A stretch of DNA of 64,000 nucleotides. Source: an uncultured Nitrososphaeraceae archaeon (lineage in GTDB: Archaea; Thermoproteota; Nitrososphaeria; Nitrososphaerales; Nitrososphaeraceae). Below, piece by piece: positions 57,227 through 64,000 of the stretch. The position numbers and the translations under genes were made by a program. Where the stretch lies: NCBI GenBank assembly GCA_963837175.1, contig CAWIMJ010000010.1, forward strand, positions 1-64,000, written 5' to 3'. Position 1 is the first letter of the stretch. Each line of letters begins with the position of its first letter. Below the pieces are notes generated by a model, which saw nothing but the letters and a program-made list of their open reading frames with translations, was not told the DNA's origin and ran no database searches.

Positions 57227-57745
57227 TCATCCCATTAATTTTCTCATCGCTTCAGTAAGTTTGAGATCAATTGCATTAATCTGGGAATCCAGTTGATCTT
57301 GACTAACCCCGCTTTTGATCATATCTCTTAACTCAACTCTCATCATCTGTTCAATTTGTTCCTTTAGATCTTTTGCACCATGCTTCTCAAGATCCTGTTC
57401 CACATACTCAAAGTTATCAAGATACGCACGTATTGCAAGTTCTCCTGCGGCCGTGAAATTACCCTTTTTATATTCTACTGAAACCTGATGGAGTAGCTGT
57501 CTTGTAATTCCAATATGCTTGTCTGAACTATTAGCTTCAGTAATATTACTTGTGGTTGTAAACAACGTAATATATCCATTTTTGATTGCTTGTTGTTGTT
57601 GTTCTTCTTCGAATGCCAAAGCATTGTATCTTAATAACAACATTTGTGGCAGTGAGACCAGAGAGGCTGCAAAAATAACCAATCCACACGACAAGATCAA
57701 TTTATTTTGTTTTGAAGTTTCATTATGTTTAATATTATATTTCAT
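57227..57745 (-). CDS. Secreted helical-bundle protein resembling the extracytoplasmic domain fused to FTR1 iron permeases
   Basis: Signal peptide; A.ELAIRAYLDNFEYVE..L motif. Confidence 0.75.
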   Translation of the reverse strand: MKYNIKHNETSKQNKLILSCGLVIFAASLVSLPQMLLLRYNALAFEEEQQQQAIKNGYITLFTTTSNITEANSSDKHIGITRQLLHQVSVEYKKGNFTAAGELAIRAYLDNFEYVEQDLEKHGAKDLKEQIEQMMRVELRDMIKSGVSQDQLDSQINAIDLKLTEAMRKLMG

Positions 57746-57803
57746 ATTAGGCTATCCTAATAATCTCAGGCCAGTGTTATTTAAACATCCTGTGAAGTTT
57801 TAA

Positions 57804-57884
57804 GTTCTGTTTCTTTTAGAGTACACGATAGAGATACATATCATCTCAAAAGTTATAGTGTTTTCGCGTTAAGTTAACAGAGCC
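57804..57884 (-). mobile_element. 81-bp IS6-derived miniature element (MITE-like)
   Basis: IS6 left TIR at 57870-57884; perfect flanking direct repeat AGTTTTAA (57796-57803, 57885-57892). Confidence 0.75.
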
Positions 57885-58237
57885 AGTTTTAATTTAGAAG
57901 TCAGTGTGCAATATATAACTATGACAATATCTTAGCCCCTAATAAGAAATAACTATATAAAATACTATTGATGCTTTGAACGCAGCAAATTCAAAAGTAG
58001 CGGTTTATCCAATTATTCGAGATTATTCCAGCCACTAAACTAGCTGGCAAGATAAGTAAATGATGGGAATTGGAGTGATAGTATTTGTTTTAAGGTGTAC
58101 ATGGTGGCTAAGAATACTAGTAGTAGGGCAGCAGCGTCAGGGGAATAATAATAAAATGCCAATTTATATCCCCGTGGCTGCTCGCGGTAGTGTGTGGGTT
58201 TGCCTATGGATGTAGTTGTGGTTATCGTGTGGGATAC

Positions 58238-58970
58238 TTGGTAATATTGAAAATTACTAGTAAATTCCAATTAAAGCTCAAAGATAGAGCAGTTGCAGGA
58301 GATATTCTAGGTAAGGTATTAAAGATGTAATAAAAAATGATGAAGAAAAGTAGCACAGTATTAGGAATCCCAAGAGGACGAGTGATAGTAGGAGATATTA
58401 TAGCTAGAAAGTTATCCTGTAGATTTGATATTATCATACCAAGAAAACTACGTGCTCCACATAATGAAGAGCTTGCTATAGGCGCAGTAATGGAAGGCGG
58501 TAACAACAACTTATCTTATCTTAGCGATATCCTTGTGAGAGAATTAGAGGTATCTCAAGAATATATAGAAAAATAAAAGCATATCAAATACAAGAAATAA
58601 ACGTAGGTATTAATTATATCTTCGTCATCATGATAATGAGTATATGGAAAAAGAAGAAGACTACAATACTATCAATGGTAACAGGATTATAATCTTAGCA
58701 GATGATGGAGCTGCTACAGAAGCTTCAATTATTACTGCAGCTAGATGGATAAAGAAGAATAATAAGTCAAGAAACCATTTGATAATTGCTATTCCTGTAG
58801 CTTCTAAACAAACCAAAAAATTGTTAAAGAGAGAAGCTGGCAATATTGAAGTAATTACAAGTCCTTCTACTTCTAATTATAAATCAGTAGGACAATATTT
58901 TCAAAGCTTTGAACCTCTGACAAATAAAAAGTTATTCAGATTATGATGAGAAAAAAAGAATATTCTTGAT
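58238..58970 (+). pseudogene. Phosphoribosyltransferase family pseudogene
   Basis: KDRAVAG, VLGIPRG, RKLRAPHNEELAIGAV, IILADDGAAT, SVGQYF in broken frames. Confidence 0.85.
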
Positions 58971-59205
58971 TAGTATAACACTATAAGCTGGCTTTGTTTG
59001 CTATGCTTTTTGTTTGGTAGTACGACAAAAATTTTTTAGCATTCTACTTACCGTCTTTTATATGTAGCATGAAGTTCTTGCTACTACATGGGCCTTCTAA
59101 TAGCCTGTTAGAAATTGCAATAGTCAGTGCAGTCACTGCAAGTAGTACAAACTCTTGTTCGCACAAAACAACCACCGAACTATGTCATTCATTTCTTTAT
59201 CTCTT

Positions 59206-59772
59206 TTATTTTTTATTGTCATCAATATTCTTTTGCTTTTTTATGTAATAAATAAGAATTACAGCGATAACTCCGATGATAACATAGTTGACAGGAGGAG
59301 CAATTACTCTTGTTATTAATCCCACTTTTGGAATAACATATACTACTTTACCGATATAATTTTCTTCTCTAATAGGATAATCAAGATATCGAATTGAATA
59401 TGGATTAGCATCGCCTTTTGTTCTTATGATTCTCTCCCCGTCAGTCAAATCAGATTTTATAATCTGTGCAACTCTATGTACAATTACTTTATGTTCTCCC
59501 TCAGCTGATACACCGGGTGTTTTGAAAATTATAATATCACCAATTTTTAGTCTATTAAATGAAAAATTATCATCAATGCTATTACTATCACTATGTTTGA
59601 TAATGACATAATCACCAACATTGAGGTTTGGTATCATACTTCCACTTGATACTACATAAAATGGGTTATCGACACCAAATAGATATCTAATAGTACCAAG
59701 CCAAATTGTAACTGCAGATGCAATAACAACAACAATTACAATAATATATTTAATTTGATGATTTGATAGCAT
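59206..59772 (-). CDS. sec11: Signal peptidase I (archaeal Sec11 type)
   Basis: VSSGSMIP, GDII, IVHRV, TKGDAN. Confidence 0.93.
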   Translation of the reverse strand: MLSNHQIKYIIVIVVVIASAVTIWLGTIRYLFGVDNPFYVVSSGSMIPNLNVGDYVIIKHSDSNSIDDNFSFNRLKIGDIIIFKTPGVSAEGEHKVIVHRVAQIIKSDLTDGERIIRTKGDANPYSIRYLDYPIREENYIGKVVYVIPKVGLITRVIAPPVNYVIIGVIAVILIYYIKKQKNIDDNKK

Positions 59773-60397
59773 TTTGAATTCTTTTTCTATTTACAACAAT
59801 TTTTATTTTTGCCATTTCATTCACTATTTGCAAACTATTTTTGCATGTTATCAATTCTGTCTAGAACAATAATTACATATAATAATTTATTGCTATATAA
59901 TACAATGCATTGTAAATAGTATAGCCATTTATAAAAAAACTCACAAATGGATAGCTTTTCTTATACAGTCTCCCATATGTAGATATTACATCTATGCCTA
60001 TAGATTAAAGTCACAATACGAAAGATAATTCATGTACAATAATACAAATTCTATTTAGATGCTCATTGTACTGGACAACGAAAGAATTAAGAACTGGCTA
60101 GAATTAACAGATGGTTTATGGAATAACTTAGAGATAGAATGCCGTCATCATTTCCATTTTCCAGATAGTAGCAGTATTTATATGATTAACTACTCTAAAT
60201 TAATTTCTTGCTTATAGGCAATTACGCAAAGAAAACAGATTAACCGATGCTATTCCAAAGATGATGCAAAATACGAGAATCCATATAGACGAAATGAGGG
60301 CTAACGAAAATATATTTTCAAATAATATGTTCTGTCGATTATGTTGTGATATTCACATAAATAGTGTATATTGTAAGCTATAAAGTGTGTTGATAGA

Positions 60398-61416
60398 TGC
60401 TATGTTGCACGATTAGCTAAATCTTAAGATTAGGATCTGATAACTCAAATCGTTTTACTGAACATATTATATAATGACGCTTTTAGGAACATCTCTTTCA
60501 CCATGTTAGGATATTTCTTAGCCATTATATGTTCTCCAAACATTCTTTTCATACAGGAAAAGACAGTTTCTGTCATCCATCTCTGTCCATAGCTTACGCT
60601 ATGCTTCCATCTTTTGAGGTTTGCTTATTGTTTTACTACAGACATGTCCTAGCTTGATAGTTAGTTGTCTTGATCTTGGAATTACTTCTGGTCTTTATAC
60701 CAGGTTTAATATGGTTATTTAATAGAGATCTAAAATTCTTATTGTTATCGTACATATACCATCAGCTAACACATGCTTCACGTTATTATTTTCAGAAGCA
60801 TTATCTACCCGCCTTCTTTCTTTAGCATCTTGCCATCATGTACCTCTTCATTTGTGACCTCCAAAGATAGGATTCTTTTCTTCTTGATATCTACTGATAC
60901 GTGTATTTTCAGATATCCTTTTCTAACGTGCCATTTATGCCGCATCCATTCTCCTCCTCTATTTGCTACTTTGATACCTGTACTGTCTAAAGCAATCACA
61001 ATATATCATCTCCTATTTTCTCATTGATTTTGATCTCTAGTTTGTTTATACACGTCTACTAATGGTACTGTAATGAGGTATGTACAGGTACTTTTGTACT
61101 TGCATGAGCTATAACTATACCTTGTGTTTGTCTATATGGTAGATGAAAATATACTCCCATGTAACCTAGAAGCTGAATAAAGGAATTTGGATTATCGTAG
61201 GGTTCGCCAACCTTACCACGATTCATTTGAGATAATTCATGATCCCATCCATTAAGTACATCAAAATCTAAGAGAACTTGACCACGTCGAACTAGTGATC
61301 CATCATAGAGAGGCCAATCCATCATATATGTGTGTAGAATCAGTACTATTAGTAAACTAAATGCAGACCGGTCAAATGAACATCATTTAAAACATAATGA
61401 ATCGTGCAACAAAGCA
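60398..61416 (-). mobile_element. IS5-family (IS903-group-like) element with frameshifted transposase (1019 bp)
   Basis: 17-bp TIRs TGCT(A/T)TGTTGCACGATT; perfect 8-bp TSD TTGATAGA (60390-60397, 61417-61424); W..Y..SLVRRG, LPYRQ, IALDSTGIKV...GEW...KIH motifs. Confidence 0.92.
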
Positions 61417-61484
61417 TTGATAGAGTTAGATAATATGCCTATGTTTTTATTATTATTCTATATTCCAGTGTTGAAAGGTGTATG

Positions 61485-61689
61485 GAGTGTTGGGAAAACT
61501 GTTGGGAAACTGTGTAGAGTGTTGGGAAAACTGTTGGGAAACTGTGTAGAGTGTTGGGAAAACTGTTGGGAAACTGTGTAGAGTGTTGGGAAAACTGTTG
61601 GGAAACTGTGTAGAGTGTTGGGAAAACTGTTGGGAAACTGTGTAGAGTGTTGGGAAAACTGTTGGGAAACTGTGTAGAGTGTTGGGAAA
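61485..61689 (+). repeat. Perfect tandem array, 6.4 copies of a 32-bp unit
   Basis: Unit GAGTGTTGGGAAAACTGTTGGGAAACTGTGTA starting at 61485, 61517, 61549, 61581, 61613, 61645 and partial at 61677. Confidence 0.97.
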
Positions 61690-62639
61690 TTTCCTTAGTA
61701 ATATAACTTATTGTATGGAAAAACGACGATACGACTCAACAATGTGATTTAGCAGATGTCATAGAATGATAAGTACATTTTTCCATATATTATTAATGAA
61801 TACCTACTTGTTATTGGTAAGTATGTTATAAATTGAGAAATGATTAACTGCTAGTAGTAGTTGGTATGTGTTAGTTAACAAAATATGCCATATTTAGATT
61901 ATTGAGATACTATTGAAATAGCAAATTCGTCTTCATTCTTCATGTACTATTACATTCTTATACCCATCGTTGTTGTATTTATTGGATAATAATAAACTGA
62001 ACACAATAATTATCTGCACATTTTTATCTACTGCATGTCTCGTTTGCTATCTCACATATGGTACTTAATCCTGAGCCGGTGACTTTTTGGCTTGGCTGCA
62101 CTATTAGAGTATTGTTGTTATCTCATCCTCCTTTCTCTATTTTCTCAGCTCACTTTGCTGAAGTTGGGTGCCACTTACACCATAAAGAACAACCGATATT
62201 GTTTTGTCTTCATTTAGGAAGTTATTGTGCAGCTTGACAATAAACGTTACTTCTCCTGATCCTGTATATGCTTGGTAGTTGCAATTATAGAAAACAGCAG
62301 AAAGAAGAACGATGGCAGTAATGGAATTAACAAACTTATGATTAATAATAATTCAATTTTTCATACTACTACCGCTACGGATGTATTTACTATTCCGTTT
62401 CTAATATTCAAATAAAATTGTTATCTATTTAATATTTATTATTTTTAGCATTAACGTATATTACATTACAGAATATATTCTATAAACTTTACAGTTCGGT
62501 CAGCGCTTTAGAAATAATTCTTTTCCAGGTCATGTTAAACGAACACATATAATCGGAGGAGAATAATGGATTATTAGAGAAATTTTTATCCAATTAGGGA
62601 TGGGTTTAATATCTCTCCCTCCATCGCTCCCTCCTCACA

Positions 62640-63149
62640 CTATCTTTTGGAGTTGCCATATTTTTCATAGTGAACTAGTTCACGAAGCGGCAAACGGTTC
62701 TTTCTTTTACCTATCAATTTCCTTGCAGGATATCCAAAACCTGCTATGACTGTAGGACTCAGCTCGTTTGGAATTGCAAAGTCACTTCTAAGTTTTTCCT
62801 CCCTTATTCCTGTAAACAGACCTGAACCTACGCCATCATTCCATGCGGTCAGCTGCATATTCTGTAGTACCCTTCCTGCATCAATCAAATGAAAATTGTA
62901 GTTTGGATTTGTCAGAACTATTACTGCAAAATTGGCACCTGCTACCCAGCTTCCGCTTGTACTATCCTCTGCCATCTTCTTGAGATTGTTTTTATCATCC
63001 ACTAGAATAAATCGCCAGTGTTGAGTATTAAGACCAGTACCTGTTAGTCTAGCAGCTTCAAGGACCTTTAATTTTATTTCCGACGGAACATCCAGTGTAC
63101 TGAATTCTCTTACTTCAAGCTTGGTTGTTATACATTCAAAGGTGTCCAT
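62640..63149 (-). CDS. Nitroreductase family protein
   Basis: MDTFECI...VREF, LEAARL...NTQHWRFI, DAGRVLQNMQL, GFGYP; ATG at 63149 preceded by GAGGA. Confidence 0.92.
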   Translation of the reverse strand: MDTFECITTKLEVREFSTLDVPSEIKLKVLEAARLTGTGLNTQHWRFILVDDKNNLKKMAEDSTSGSWVAGANFAVIVLTNPNYNFHLIDAGRVLQNMQLTAWNDGVGSGLFTGIREEKLRSDFAIPNELSPTVIAGFGYPARKLIGKRKNRLPLRELVHYEKYGNSKR

Positions 63150-64000
63150 ATGTCCTCTTCTGTTAGTACACTTGTTACGTGCCACACATCTTAAAGATTT
63201 CCTATACATGATATCGCTCGTCCCCATTCTCCTGTTATGTCTTGACAAAATCTATGTTAATCTTCTTCGGTAGAGTGCCAAAGGATTTTCTATTGTTTGT
63301 ATGATTGTCAACTGTTACTAGCATTTTTCTTCCTTGCTTCCTTCCTTCCCTCCAGCTAGACCACAGGTCAGGTTTCCTTTCGTTTTAGGCCAGGAAGAAG
63401 TAGGCATTATGCATTTTTACTGAAAAGTTTCTATTCTTTAACTGTTCGGTTCAAAAAATTACAGAACTTACGACCTTGTATGTCTGAGCCTCAGGAATCA
63501 TTGTATTTTATTGAGATCACAACAGGAGATTAGGAAGTTCCGGAAATTAATTCAATACAACGATGCCAAAATGTCTTTTATTTACCACTAGCTACAGATT
63601 ACCTAACTAGCATAAAATAATATTTTAATGGAAAATTAATATATATAGATATAGACTTAAATTAGTTTCAAAGCATATGTATGTTATTGGCTATTATGCC
63701 AAATCTAAGCTGTGTCTTTATCAGAGTCTAGTATGATGCATGTATATGTTAAATGCCATTGTGTGACCTTTAAGTGGCAGCCTAACACTGTTCCGTTGGC
63801 AATCTGATTCTATGCAGTTTGAGCAGCTATTAGAAATGGTATTTTTGTATTCATCACTGTCAGAACTATGAATGATTAATCAATAGAACATTAGACGTTG
63901 GTTGGACTTTGTTAGACTAACTTCTGGGCATACAATGAAAATTTATAATAGTTGAATACTAATTAATAGTATAAATGCCCTATGGCTTAATACTGGAAAG

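Noticed and set aside
61462-61480. ORB-like origin box TTCCAGTGTTGAAAGG
   Set aside because: Single degenerate match and no cdc6/orc1 gene in the window.
61330-61581. 83-aa ORF
   Set aside because: Runs across the IS end and the 32-bp array, whose period is not a multiple of 3; spurious.
61485-61689. CRISPR array
   Set aside because: Units are contiguous and identical with no unique spacers, and no cas genes are in the window.
63327-63400. Possible riboswitch upstream of the nitroreductase
   Set aside because: Only low-complexity CT/GA pairing and a 4-bp hairpin; no FMN, TPP or cobalamin consensus recognised.

Overview
AT-rich archaeal chromosomal DNA. Gene content and tRNA style point to a soil ammonia-oxidising archaeon (Nitrososphaeraceae); this is an inference from protein families recognised by eye, not from a search. 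Housekeeping genes include pckA, nfo, an enoyl-CoA hydratase, a cyclophilin, signal peptidase I, an M1 aminopeptidase, a VIT1 transporter, a DedA protein, an SPFH protein and a nitroreductase. They are separated by long spacers containing pseudogene debris, very small Zn-finger ORFs and decayed insertion sequences: two IS6 copies and one IS5/IS903-group copy, all with terminal inverted repeats (TIRs) and target-site duplications (TSDs). The most notable feature is a tRNA-Gln(CTG) gene split by three introns (positions 10/11, 21/22, 37/38), each with a bulge-helix-bulge (BHB)-type splice motif. Its upstream region carries a second copy of the acceptor 5' strand that could act as a placeholder during splicing. 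Also present: an 81-bp IS6-derived mini-element with its own TSD, a perfect non-coding 32-bp tandem array, a ~125-bp direct repeat bracketing dedA, a divergent winged-helix gene pair with operator-like palindromes, and two candidate structured RNAs. No CRISPR array, rRNA or prophage was seen.
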